Assembly (NCBI GenBank): GCA_964577205.1
Contig: CAZNYG010000002.1
Span: forward strand, 3,757-66,422
Reading direction: 5' to 3'
From: an uncultured Elusimicrobiales bacterium
GTDB lineage: Bacteria; Elusimicrobiota; Endomicrobiia; Endomicrobiales; CAIRNS01
Length of the DNA: 62,666 nt
Shown piece after piece: positions 37,506 to 46,275 of this stretch. The notes under the pieces are model-generated. The model searched no databases and was not told the origin of the DNA. It saw only the letters and a list, made by a program, of their open reading frames with translations. Within the stretch, counting starts at the first letter, position 1. Every line of letters begins with the position of its first letter. A program made the position numbers and the translations under genes.

Positions 37506-38797
37506 ATGACCAATGGGTACTGGAAGCTTCCGCTCCTCTCAGGGGAACGCTGAACGTCCCGGCGGACAAATCCATCACGCACCGGGCCGTCATGATGGCA
37601 GCGGTGACCGGCGGAACTTCCAACATAGAAAACTATCTTCCTTCCGAAGACTGCCTGCGCACGGTGGACGCGTTCCGCGCGATGGGTGTCCGTGTCGATG
37701 TGTCTCCGGGACGGCTTACGGTCCACGGCGCGGGGTTTGACGGCCTCCGCGCTCCTGGGGCCGATATCCAAGCCGGCAATTCCGGGACGACGGTCCGGCT
37801 ACTTTCAGGCATCCTGGCGGGCCGGGATTTTCCCGTGAGGATCACGGGCGACGAAAGCCTTTCCCGCCGTCCCATGCGGCGCGTCATAGAGCCGCTCAGC
37901 GCCATGGGGGTCACGTTCGGCGCGGTCGACAATAACTATCTGCCTCTTACCCTGCGCGGAACGCGAAAGCTCGCCCCTCTCCGCTATCAGAGCCCTGTCC
38001 CCAGCGCGCAGGTGAAATCCTGTATACTGTTGGCGGGTATTCAGGCGGAGGGCGAGACCTCGGTGACGGAAAGCGTCCGTTCGCGCGACCATACTGAACG
38101 CATGCTGGCCGCGCGCGGGGTGGATATCCGCGTCGAAGGTAACACCGTCACAGTGCGCGGGCCTTCCCGGCTTAACGCCGTGGACACGGCCATTCCCGCG
38201 GACATTTCTTCGGCGGCTTTCTTCCTGGTGGCGGGAACGATCATACCTTCTTCAGCGCTTACGATAGAGAACGTCGGCATAAACCCGACCCGGGACGGCA
38301 TCCTTGACGTGCTCCGCCAGATGGGGGCAGCGGTGACCGTAGAAGCGCGGGCCGACCGTTCCGGCGAGCCCGCGGCGCGCCTCTCGGCGCGTCACGCGAA
38401 GCTCTCGCCGTTCCGCATGGAAGGCGGCATCATGCCCCGCCTGATCGATGAGATCCCGGTACTGGTGCTGGCGGCCTGCTGCGCCGAAGGGACGTCCGTT
38501 ATCAGCGGCGCGGGGGAACTGCGGGTCAAGGAAAGCGACCGGCTGGCGGTCATCACCGAAGAGCTCGGACGCATGGGCGCCCGCATAGAGGAAAAGCCCG
38601 ACGGATTGATCATCCACGGCCCCGTCCGCCTGAAAGGCGCGGAGGTGCGCAGCCACGGGGATCACCGGATAGCCATGACTCTTGCGGTCGCGGCCTGCGT
38701 GGCCGAAGGCAGGACCGTTATTCACGACGCGGCATGCGTCGATACATCATTTCCCGGATTTCTGGAACTGCTGCGGCCGGGTACGCCGCGGAAATAA
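37502..38797 (+). CDS. aroA: 3-phosphoshikimate 1-carboxyvinyltransferase (EPSP synthase)
   Basis: PADKSITHRA, AGNSGTTVRLL, KESDR and HGDHRIAM motifs. ATGA overlap with tyrA. Confidence 0.95.
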   Translation: MNDQWVLEASAPLRGTLNVPADKSITHRAVMMAAVTGGTSNIENYLPSEDCLRTVDAFRAMGVRVDVSPGRLTVHGAGFDGLRAPGADIQAGNSGTTVRLLSGILAGRDFPVRITGDESLSRRPMRRVIEPLSAMGVTFGAVDNNYLPLTLRGTRKLAPLRYQSPVPSAQVKSCILLAGIQAEGETSVTESVRSRDHTERMLAARGVDIRVEGNTVTVRGPSRLNAVDTAIPADISSAAFFLVAGTIIPSSALTIENVGINPTRDGILDVLRQMGAAVTVEARADRSGEPAARLSARHAKLSPFRMEGGIMPRLIDEIPVLVLAACCAEGTSVISGAGELRVKESDRLAVITEELGRMGARIEEKPDGLIIHGPVRLKGAEVRSHGDHRIAMTLAVAACVAEGRTVIHDAACVDTSFPGFLELLRPGTPRK

Positions 38798-38799
38798 CC

Positions 38800-39423
38800 A
38801 TGAGCCAGACAGTCATCGATTTCTATCGCTCGCGCGGTTACCGGCCGACCCGGCTGTTCTTTTTCGGGCGGGCCCTGTTCCGTTCCTTCTTCAGGCTGTT
38901 CTGGCGGTGTACCGTCAAGGGGAGCGAAAATATCCCCGGGACCGGCGGCGTGATCATAGCGCCGAACCACGCGAGCTATGCCGATCCGCCGCTGGTCGGA
39001 TCTTCCATGAAGCGTCCGCTGTATTTCATGGCGAAAAAAGAACTTTTCGATATGCCGGTGCTGGGCTTTCTGATCCGCCGGACCAACGCGTTCCCAGTGT
39101 CCCGCGGCAGGCAGGATATCGGGTCCGTCAGGTTTGCCGAAGCGCTTTTGAAAGACGGGCGCCCGCTGCTCATTTTCCCTGAAGGGACGAGGACACGGAC
39201 CGGCGCGTTCGGGAAAGCGCGGCCCGGTGTGGCGATGATAGCCTGTCACGCGCGGGTGCCGGTCGTTCCGGTCAGGGTCGTCAATTCGTTCTATCTCGGT
39301 TCGTTCAGGAAACTGACGGTCATATTCGGTAAACCCGTCATGCCTCCCGCGGAATGCGCCGGCCACGAGGCATACCAGGCCTTCGCCGAACGGATACTCG
39401 AGGAGATAAAGGGGCTAGCATGA
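38800..39423 (+). CDS. plsC: 1-acyl-sn-glycerol-3-phosphate acyltransferase
   Basis: HX4D motif NHASYAD and FPEGTR. Confidence 0.85.
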   Translation: MSQTVIDFYRSRGYRPTRLFFFGRALFRSFFRLFWRCTVKGSENIPGTGGVIIAPNHASYADPPLVGSSMKRPLYFMAKKELFDMPVLGFLIRRTNAFPVSRGRQDIGSVRFAEALLKDGRPLLIFPEGTRTRTGAFGKARPGVAMIACHARVPVVPVRVVNSFYLGSFRKLTVIFGKPVMPPAECAGHEAYQAFAERILEEIKGLA

Positions 39424-40313
39424 AAAAGCCGCCGCGCATCATCATCGCGAAAAGCGCGGGATTCTGTTTCGGGGTCCGCCGCGCGATCACGATGGCGGAA
39501 AAGACCGCCGGGAAATGCGACGACATCCATACGCTGGGCCCGCTGATCCACAATCCGCAGGAAGTCGCGCGGCTGGCAAAAAAAGGGATCCGTTCCGTTT
39601 CCGACCCGCTCCGCGTCACTAAGGGGACGCTGATCCTGCGGACCCACGGCATACCGGCCCGCCTGCGGGAGAAACTGGGAGCGACGCCGTTGACCCTTGT
39701 CGACGCCACCTGTCCGTTCGTCAAACGCGCGCAAGACACGGTTAAACGCCTTGCGGACGGCGACGCGCGCGTCGTTATCGTGGGTGAAAAGACGCATCCC
39801 GAAGTCGTGGCGATGGTCTCGTACGGCAAGGGAAAGTGCACGGTCGTGGAAAGCCCGGAAGACGCGCTGAAAGTCGCCGGGGAGAAGAAGATCTTCGTGG
39901 TCAGCCAGACCACGCAGACACCCGAGAATTTCCTCGCGGTGATAAAAAGGCTGAGCAGAGGCAACGGCAGCGTAAAAGCCTTCAATACCATCTGCCGCGC
40001 CACCATGGACCGCCAGAGCGCGGCCAGCCACCTGGCGCGGCGCGTGGACGTGATGGTGGTCGTCGGGGGCAAGAATTCAGGCAATACCCGGCGCCTGACC
40101 GGAATATGCGCCCGCTATACCCGCACGTACCACATAGAAACGGCGAAAGAAGTGAAGCCGTCATGGTTCCGCGGAGCGGCGGCCATCGGCCTTACCGCGG
40201 GCGCGTCGACGCCGGACTGGATTATTGAGAATGTAAAAGATACAATAGTGGATGTGACGGCGGCGGGCGGCGCCATCCCGCGCCCCCGTTCCGCCCGTGC
40301 GGTAAGAAAATAA
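39420..40313 (+). CDS. ispH: 4-hydroxy-3-methylbut-2-enyl diphosphate reductase
   Basis: GFCFGVRRAI, GPLIHNPQ and ATCPFV motifs. ATGA overlap with plsC. Confidence 0.93.
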   Translation: MKKPPRIIIAKSAGFCFGVRRAITMAEKTAGKCDDIHTLGPLIHNPQEVARLAKKGIRSVSDPLRVTKGTLILRTHGIPARLREKLGATPLTLVDATCPFVKRAQDTVKRLADGDARVVIVGEKTHPEVVAMVSYGKGKCTVVESPEDALKVAGEKKIFVVSQTTQTPENFLAVIKRLSRGNGSVKAFNTICRATMDRQSAASHLARRVDVMVVVGGKNSGNTRRLTGICARYTRTYHIETAKEVKPSWFRGAAAIGLTAGASTPDWIIENVKDTIVDVTAAGGAIPRPRSARAVRK

Positions 40314-40347
40314 GGCCCGCGAAGCGGGACCGGACAAAGAGGAAAAA

Positions 40348-42054
40348 ATGGACGAAGTAAAAGAAGTGACAAAGAACGAAAATACTCAGGACGCAGCCGG
40401 CGCATCTGAAAACGAGATGGAGATGGCCGATCTTCTCGGGCCTGAGATCCGTCTGCAGGAAGGGAAAACGGCGCATGTCCGCATCATCGCGCGCAGCGAC
40501 GAAGGCATTATGGTGGATCTCGGCATGAAGTCCGAAGGTGTCATCCCGGCTTCCGAGCTTGAGGGGATCCCCGCATCCGAGCTGGAGCCAGGAAGGGATA
40601 TCGAGGTCATGGTCGTGAAGCTCCATTCCCAGCAGGGGCATCCGATCGTCTCGTACCGCCGCGCGCGCGACGAGAGGTCATGGGAAACGCTGCAGGCGGC
40701 GCACCGCGCCGGGACGCCGGTCGAAGGTGTCATCCGGAAAAAGATAAAAGGCGGATTTTCCGTCGATGTCGGCAGCGAGGCTTTCCTTCCCGCGTCGCAG
40801 CTTGAACTGCGGTTTGTCAAAGACACGGACAAATATGTCGGACAGAAATTTCCCTTCGTCATTACCCAGATATCCCGCAGTCCCCGCAACATAGTGCTGT
40901 CGCGGCGGCAGATCCTTGAAGGGGAACAAAAGAAACGGCGTGAAGAGGTCTTCGCCACGATCAGCGAAGGGCAGGTCGTCGAGGGTACGGTCACCGGCAT
41001 AACCGATTTCGGCGCCTTTGTTGACATAGGCGGCGTCGAAGGGCTTCTCCACATCGGCGACATCACCTGGTACCATCTCAAGAGAGTGGAAGAAGTCGTA
41101 AAACCGGGGCAGCAGGTCAAGGTGCAGATCCTCAAGATCGACCGCGAGAAGGGCAAAATTTCCCTCAGCATGAAACATATCTCGCCCCGTCCGTGGGACG
41201 GCGCCGCGGAACGTTACCCGGTCGGCCTGACCATCAGGGGCAAGGTCACTTCGGTCACCGATTTCGGCGTTTTCGTCGAAGTTGAACCCGGAATGGAAGG
41301 GCTGCTGCACGTTTCCGAGGTCTCGTGGGGAGAGCATGAACGCGACCTGAAGAAGGTGTTCAAACCCGGACAGGAAGTCAAAGCGAAGATCATCGCTCTG
41401 TACCCGGCCAGGGAAAAGCTTTCCCTGTCGCTCAAACAACTGCAGGCCAATCCATGGGAAGAAGCTCACCGCTCGTATTCTCCCGGTGCCCGGGTGAAGG
41501 GAACCATCACGCATCTGACCCCGTTCGGCGCGTTCGTCCGCCTGCCGGAAGGCATCGAAGGGCTTATCCATGTCGGCGACCTCTCGTGGACAAAGAAAGT
41601 GCGGCATCCGCAGGACGTGGTGGAGGCGGGACAGGAAGTGGAAGTGGTCGTCCTTGAAGTGAACCCCAACAACGAAAAGATATCTCTTTCGCTCAAACAC
41701 ATGGCTGAAGACCCCTTCAAAAAGTACCATGTGGGCGCCGTGGTCAGGGGAACGGTTAAACGAGCCGTCGAATTCGGCGCTTTCGTTGAGCTGGAACCCG
41801 GCATCGAAGCGCTGCTCCGCAATGCCGATGTCGCCCTGCACAAGACGGAAGGCGTGCAGGAGCCGCAGCTCAAAGAAGGGCAGGAAGTGGAAGCCAAGGT
41901 CGTAAAATGCGATACGCGGGAGCACAAGATCGATATCTCGATAAAGAAGCTGGAACAGAGCCGCGAGCGCGAACTTCTCAAGAAATACGTCAACAAGGAT
42001 GAACGCCCGACGCTGGGCCAGGTGCTTGAAGAGAATAACGAAGATCGGGAATAA
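40348..42054 (+). CDS. rpsA: 30S ribosomal protein S1
   Basis: Six successive S1 OB-fold repeats, for example GxVxGxVxxITDFGAFVDIGGVEGLLHI. Confidence 0.95.
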   Translation: MDEVKEVTKNENTQDAAGASENEMEMADLLGPEIRLQEGKTAHVRIIARSDEGIMVDLGMKSEGVIPASELEGIPASELEPGRDIEVMVVKLHSQQGHPIVSYRRARDERSWETLQAAHRAGTPVEGVIRKKIKGGFSVDVGSEAFLPASQLELRFVKDTDKYVGQKFPFVITQISRSPRNIVLSRRQILEGEQKKRREEVFATISEGQVVEGTVTGITDFGAFVDIGGVEGLLHIGDITWYHLKRVEEVVKPGQQVKVQILKIDREKGKISLSMKHISPRPWDGAAERYPVGLTIRGKVTSVTDFGVFVEVEPGMEGLLHVSEVSWGEHERDLKKVFKPGQEVKAKIIALYPAREKLSLSLKQLQANPWEEAHRSYSPGARVKGTITHLTPFGAFVRLPEGIEGLIHVGDLSWTKKVRHPQDVVEAGQEVEVVVLEVNPNNEKISLSLKHMAEDPFKKYHVGAVVRGTVKRAVEFGAFVELEPGIEALLRNADVALHKTEGVQEPQLKEGQEVEAKVVKCDTREHKIDISIKKLEQSRERELLKKYVNKDERPTLGQVLEENNEDRE

Positions 42055-42095
42055 CGAACGGCGGATCCAGGACGCCGGATACCCGGCATGGCAGT

Positions 42096-42137
42096 AAAGA
42101 AAAAGATCCTCCGGACGGCCGGGGGATCTTTTTCTTT
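42096..42137. terminator. Bidirectional intrinsic terminator between convergent rpsA and mazG
   Basis: The 14-bp stem AAAGAAAAAGATCC / GGATCTTTTTCTTT places an A-run and a T-run on the two flanks. Confidence 0.7.
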
Positions 42138-42146
42138 GCCTGGCGG

Positions 42147-42578
42147 TCAAGTCCGTGGAGAACGGCGGCGGCGGGCGGCGGCGCGGGCTTTTTTTTCTCC
42201 GCGTTTGATCTCGTCCCATTGCCTGTACACGTCGTCGGCGCTGGTAAGTTTTGTCCCGCCGAACACATGAGGATGGCGGCGGATGAGTTTTTCGTTTAGC
42301 CCGCGGACCACGCCGGCGATGGTGAATCGTTTATTCTCCGCGGCCACTTGACTGTGAAATACCACCTGCAGCAGTATGTCGCCCAGTTCCTCCTCAAGGT
42401 TTTCCCAGTCTTTTTTCCTGATCGCTTCCTTAACTTCTTCGGCCTCTGAAAAAAGATGCGGCAGCAGCGATTCGTGGCCCTGTTTATGGTCCCAGGGGCA
42501 TCCTTCCGGGCCCCTGAGCTTCCGCATGATCCGTATCAATTCTCCGAACAATTGTTCCGCTTCGGGTTTCCGTGGCAT
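42147..42578 (-). CDS. mazG: MazG-type nucleoside triphosphate pyrophosphohydrolase (single-domain)
   Basis: GCPWDHKQGHESLLPHLFSEAEEVKEAI and EELGDILLQVVFH motifs. Confidence 0.8.
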   Translation of the reverse strand: MPRKPEAEQLFGELIRIMRKLRGPEGCPWDHKQGHESLLPHLFSEAEEVKEAIRKKDWENLEEELGDILLQVVFHSQVAAENKRFTIAGVVRGLNEKLIRRHPHVFGGTKLTSADDVYRQWDEIKRGEKKARAAARRRRSPRT

Positions 42579-42619
42579 GGGAGTTCCTTAAAGATCAGAT
42601 TTTTCAAATAAAAAAAGCA

Positions 42620-42648
42620 TTGACATAATCGCCTTTTAATGTTATATA
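42620..42648 (+). promoter_or_regulatory. Sigma70-like promoter for the CheY-like regulator gene
   Basis: TTGACA (42620-42625), a 17-nt spacer, then TATATA (42643-42648). Confidence 0.55.
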
Positions 42649-42728
42649 TTTTTTATCGAAAAAACAACACTCCGCGCTCTTGTTTTCCCGGCCTGTTGAT
42701 GTAAGTCGAAGGGGAGGAAAGGTAAACA

Positions 42729-43106
42729 ATGAATGGTAAAATACGAGTGCTGGTCATCGATGATGACCCTGATGTTCTTGAATTCCTGAAGACTTTTTTT
42801 GAGAACCTGGGGCATGAGATCATTTTGACCAACAATGCCGCGGAAGGGCTCAAACAGGTCGTGTTGTCCACGCCCGACCTGGTTCTTCTGGATATCATGC
42901 TGCCTCAGAAGGACGGGCTCACGATACTGAGAGAGATCAAAGATCTGGACAAGGAAGTGCCTGTGGCCATGATCACCGCGTATAAAGACGCGGAACGTGT
43001 CATCGAGGCTTTCCGCCTTGGCGCTATCGACTGCCTGCTCAAACCGTTCAACCTGGACTACATCGTCAACACCGTACTTCCCCGCGTTTCCATCCGCAAC
43101 CGGTAG
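42729..43106 (+). CDS. Stand-alone response-regulator receiver domain (CheY-like)
   Basis: VLVIDDD, the phospho-acceptor context LVLLDIMLP, AMITA, and KP near the C-terminus. There is no output domain. Confidence 0.85.
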   Translation: MNGKIRVLVIDDDPDVLEFLKTFFENLGHEIILTNNAAEGLKQVVLSTPDLVLLDIMLPQKDGLTILREIKDLDKEVPVAMITAYKDAERVIEAFRLGAIDCLLKPFNLDYIVNTVLPRVSIRNR

Positions 43107-43109
43107 TAA

Positions 43110-43138
43110 TTGCCAATCCCGGATAACTTTGCTATAAT
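43110..43138 (+). promoter_or_regulatory. Near-consensus sigma70-like promoter between the regulator stop and its terminator
   Basis: TTGCCA (43110-43115), a 17-nt spacer, then TATAAT (43133-43138). Confidence 0.4.
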
Positions 43139-43143
43139 GACCC

Positions 43144-43183
43144 GACCGGACAGGTCAGTCATGTCCGGTCTGTTCTTTTTTTT
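43144..43183 (+). terminator. Intrinsic terminator
   Basis: Stem GACCGGACA (43144-43152) / TGTCCGGTC (43162-43170), followed by TGTTCTTTTTTTT. Confidence 0.75.
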
Positions 43184-43197
43184 GCCGTTGCTTTTAT

Positions 43198-43227
43198 GGT
43201 CATTGGTCACTGATTAGTGGTCAATGT
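43198..43227. repeat. ggtcact/ggtcatt word array (family G) just upstream of tRNA-Leu
   Basis: tggtcattggtcactgattagtggtcaatg. Confidence 0.55.
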
Positions 43228-43233
43228 TTCAGC

Positions 43234-43317
43234 GCCGAGGTGGTGGAATTGGCAGACACGCAGGTCTCAGAAGCCTGTGGCCGCAAGGCTATGCGGGTTC
43301 AAGTCCCGCCCTCGGCA
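43234..43317 (+). tRNA. tRNA-Leu (anticodon CAG), class II with long variable arm; CCA not encoded
   Basis: Hand-folded. Acceptor GCCGAGG/CCTCGGC. Anticodon stem CAGGT/GCCTG with loop CTCAGAA. Variable arm TGGCCGCAAGGCTAT. T-arm GCGGG TTCAAGT CCCGC. Discriminator A. Confidence 0.95.
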
Positions 43318-43365
43318 TATAAAGACAGTGCAACTAAAGTGCAAAGACAGTGCGGGGGTAGTAAA

Positions 43366-43477
43366 GGCGTTCATTTGTTCACTCGTTGATTGGTTCATTA
43401 GTTAAGCGGTACAAAGGAATAGGTGTTGACTTTAACTAATGAACTAATGAACCAATGGACCGGTGAACGCCTTTTTT
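43366..43477 (+). repeat. ~40-bp imperfect inverted pair of gttcatt words (family A) ending in a T-tract; candidate terminator after tRNA-Leu
   Basis: Left arm ggcgttcatttgttcactcgttgattggttcattagttaag (43366-43406). Right arm ttaactaatgaactaatgaaccaatggaccggtgaacgcc (43432-43471). 31 of 40 positions are complementary by hand alignment, with the outer 8 and inner 13 perfect. TTTTTT follows at 43472-43477. Confidence 0.75.
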
Positions 43478-43487
43478 GCGGGGATGT

Positions 43488-43943
43488 ATGAAACAAAATG
43501 TTGTTACTACCAACCGGAAGGCCTTCCATAATTATACCATTCTCGAGACGCACGAAGCCGGGCTTCTGCTCGCCGGGTACGAGGTGAAATCGCTGCGCAA
43601 GGGCGACGCCAATCTTACCGACGGGTTCGTCAGTTTCCGCGGCGACGAGGCTTTTATCGACAACATCCACATCCCTCCTTATGCCTGGCAGTCCACCCAC
43701 GTCCAGGAATATGATTCGCGCCGCCGGCGCAAACTGCTTCTGAATAAACGCGAGATCGTCAGCCTTTCCGCCAAAGTGCGTGAAAAGGGCCTTACGGTCG
43801 TGCCCCTGGAGCTGTATTTCAACGAACGCGGTATCGCCAAGCTTGAGATCGGGCTGGCAAAGGGAAAGCGTACCGTAGATAAACGCGAAACCCTGAAACG
43901 CCGCGATATTGACCGCGAGACCCGGCGCGAATTGCGTTCCTGA
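43488..43943 (+). CDS. smpB: SsrA-binding protein
   Basis: NRKAFHNYTILETHEAGLLLAGYEVKSLR and a C-terminal basic tail. Confidence 0.93.
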   Translation: MKQNVVTTNRKAFHNYTILETHEAGLLLAGYEVKSLRKGDANLTDGFVSFRGDEAFIDNIHIPPYAWQSTHVQEYDSRRRRKLLLNKREIVSLSAKVREKGLTVVPLELYFNERGIAKLEIGLAKGKRTVDKRETLKRRDIDRETRRELRS

Positions 43944-43956
43944 TCATCCGATAACA

Positions 43957-45654
43957 ATGAACATCCCATTTTACTCCTATCACGGGCTTACGATAAAGCT
44001 CCTGACCGCAAGCCGCGCTGTCCTGTCCGGAGGCCTGTTCGTATTTTTTCTGTGCGCGGGCGCGGACGCGCGGGAAAAAGCAGTGGTCACCTGGTACGGT
44101 GCGGCGGGACGGGTGTCCGGTTCAATGGCGGTAGTCCGGGTCTCTTCGCACGCGGTTATGATCGACTGCGGCAGTTTTTACGCCGAAGAAAGCAATGATC
44201 AGAACACGGAGAAAGAAGGTTCTGGTGCCGATGCGAACGCGGCGCTGCCGTTCCCGGCGCGGTCCATCGATGCCGTCATACTGACCCATGCCCATCTGGA
44301 CCACAGCGGACGGCTGCCCCTGCTGGTCTCACGTGGATTCCGCGGGCCTGTATGGTGCTCAAAACCTACCGCCTTGTTCCTGGGGGAACTCCTTCTTTCC
44401 CAGGCAAAATTCGATACATCGGCCCGTGCGTGGGTTTATTCGCGACGCGGCGTCAAGGCCCGGGATAACGGCAGGCCTTTCGTCACGGCCCACTGGCGTG
44501 GCGATTGCCCGTGGAGGAAGAACATCTCCCCTTCAAATACCGTGCGTGAAAAGGGAACGCTGCGGGATGTTGAACGGCGCACGGGTATCGAGATCAGTCC
44601 CTGCAGGTCCTGCGCGGAGCAGGAGATCAGGCCGGTCATCACACTGCTCAAGCCTGTAGCTTTAGATACGGACATCGCTTTATCCAGGGGACTCAACTTC
44701 CATCTTTACCCGACGGGTCATATCCCCGGAGCCGCTTCCGTGTTGTTGACCGCCGCCCGGGGCGGAGAAAGGGTCAGGCTTTTTTTCTCGGGGGATATCG
44801 GGAGCCGGATCTCCGCTCTTCAGGCCCCGCCGCCACCCGCGCCGCCCGCTGACGCCTTATGGGTCGAGACGACGTATGGCGGCGTTATCCGGGCCGGCGA
44901 TATCGGCCGGGAACGCGAACGGTTCCGACGTGAAGTGGGCGATGCCGTGCGCGGCGGAGGGATCGCGTGGATACCCGCGGCCGCTCTCGACCGCACGCAA
45001 AAGGTTTTGTTCGAGCTGCGGCTGGCGCGGGAGGAGGGGGCTCTCCCCGCGGGCGTCCCTGTCATCTGCCCGTCTCCGAGCGCCAAAGCGTTTACCGGAT
45101 GGTATGAGAACGAATTGCGTCACCCCGGCGCGCCTCCCTGGTTCAGAAAGGAACTGTACGCGTCGGGGCGGACACTTCTTCCAGGCGGGTATACCGATTC
45201 ATTCCGGGGGGTAAAGAAAAAGATCCCGCGTCCAGCGGTGCTGGTCACTACCAGCGGCATGATGGATAAGGCGTTTTCGCGCAGCCTTGTGCCCGTGTTG
45301 CTTCCGGACGCCCGAACAACGGTCTTCCTTACCGGCTACCAGGCCCCGGGGACCCCGGGCGGGGCGTTGAAGAAAGGGGCCGCGCGGATAGAGCTTGACG
45401 GGAAATCCTTCGATGTCAGGGCCGCGGTGCGTGTCCATGATATTTTTTCCGGGCACGGCGACACCGAGGATGTCTCACGCCTGCTCTCGCTGCAGTCCCG
45501 GGACGCGATGGTCGTGCTGGTCCATGGCGAACCCGCGTCCCTTATACGTCAGCAACAGGCGTTGGGACAACGTGGGTATTCCCGCGTAGCCGTGGAAGAG
45601 GGGGCCGTCGCGCGGGAGATCCCTTTTCGCTTTGACACTGCCGGGGGAAAGTAA
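43957..45654 (+). CDS. MBL-fold metallo-hydrolase of the beta-CASP type, with N-terminal hydrophobic segment
   Basis: HAHLDHSG (HxHxDH), PTGHIPGAASV, FSGDIG, FSGHGD and VLVHGE, in the order expected for beta-CASP nucleases. The N-terminus has VLSGGLFVFFLCAGA. A Cys-containing insert lies at about 44491-44625. Confidence 0.8.
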   Translation: MNIPFYSYHGLTIKLLTASRAVLSGGLFVFFLCAGADAREKAVVTWYGAAGRVSGSMAVVRVSSHAVMIDCGSFYAEESNDQNTEKEGSGADANAALPFPARSIDAVILTHAHLDHSGRLPLLVSRGFRGPVWCSKPTALFLGELLLSQAKFDTSARAWVYSRRGVKARDNGRPFVTAHWRGDCPWRKNISPSNTVREKGTLRDVERRTGIEISPCRSCAEQEIRPVITLLKPVALDTDIALSRGLNFHLYPTGHIPGAASVLLTAARGGERVRLFFSGDIGSRISALQAPPPPAPPADALWVETTYGGVIRAGDIGRERERFRREVGDAVRGGGIAWIPAAALDRTQKVLFELRLAREEGALPAGVPVICPSPSAKAFTGWYENELRHPGAPPWFRKELYASGRTLLPGGYTDSFRGVKKKIPRPAVLVTTSGMMDKAFSRSLVPVLLPDARTTVFLTGYQAPGTPGGALKKGAARIELDGKSFDVRAAVRVHDIFSGHGDTEDVSRLLSLQSRDAMVVLVHGEPASLIRQQQALGQRGYSRVAVEEGAVAREIPFRFDTAGGK

Positions 45655-45713
45655 TATAATGGGCATGTATGGCGCCGCGAGACGGGGGAGATCCTCCGGG
45701 GAAAGGGGAACGA

Positions 45714-46076
45714 ATGAGCTCAATTCTTGTTATCGACGATGAACAGCCGGTCCTGGATTTTCTGGGATCTTTCATACGCCGAATGGGGTTCAACGCGTTG
45801 ACCGCCGCGTCCGGAGCCGAGGGCATTGAGGTGTTCCGGAAGGAAATGCCGGATGTCGTTTTCCTTGACATAATCCTGCCCGACATGCCCGTGGAGAAAG
45901 TGTTTTCCTCGTTGAAAAGCATCAACGGCGCCGTCATTATTTATTTCATCAGCGGTTCGGACAGCGAACTGCAGCGCCTGCATGACCTTAAGCTGGACGC
46001 TAAAGGTTTTTTCAACAAGCCGGTTTTCGTAGACGAGGTCCGGCGCATTCTCGAAGATATCGACCCTTCGGCATAG
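45714..46076 (+). CDS. Stand-alone response-regulator receiver domain (CheY-like)
   Basis: ILVIDDE, VVFLDIILPDM and FNKP. The ATG at 45714 is preceded by GAAAGGGGAA. Confidence 0.8.
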   Translation: MSSILVIDDEQPVLDFLGSFIRRMGFNALTAASGAEGIEVFRKEMPDVVFLDIILPDMPVEKVFSSLKSINGAVIIYFISGSDSELQRLHDLKLDAKGFFNKPVFVDEVRRILEDIDPSA

Positions 46077-46275
46077 TTGACGCTTCCCATTAACTTGCTT
46101 TATGCGCGTTGCCGGGAAGACGCTTGAAGAAGTACCCGAACCGGTGCATTCCGGACAATCGTCATCAGGAGGAAATGGTATGGGAAGCAGGATACTGGCT
46201 TTGTGTTCGCTTGCCGTCATGATCGTATCCGGGCCGTATGTCCCCGCGGCGAGAGTATCAGCTGAGGAGACCGCC

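Noticed and set aside
40678-42219. 513-aa minus-strand ORF antisense to rpsA (similar cases at 11541-12644, 13116-14417, 24165-25238 and 47175-48221)
   Set aside because: All are antisense to strongly recognised genes (rpsA, GH57, HD-GYP, queF/murC, leuA) and have no recognisable motifs. Long shadow ORFs are expected at this GC content.
42701-42712. 12-nt match gtaagtcgaagg shared by the response-regulator leader and the leuA leader (47182-47193)
   Set aside because: Many 12-mer coincidences are expected by chance in a 63-kb window when both strands are considered. There is no extended similarity around it.
43234-43317. Integrated element or genomic island at tRNA-Leu
   Set aside because: There is no integrase, no direct repeat of the tRNA 3' end, and the downstream genes (smpB and others) are core housekeeping.
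43107-43487. tmRNA (ssrA) gene next to smpB
   Set aside because: I looked for a tRNA-Ala-like acceptor/T-arm and a tag reading frame around smpB, and also in 46798-47237. Only tRNA-Leu and the word-array hairpins are present.
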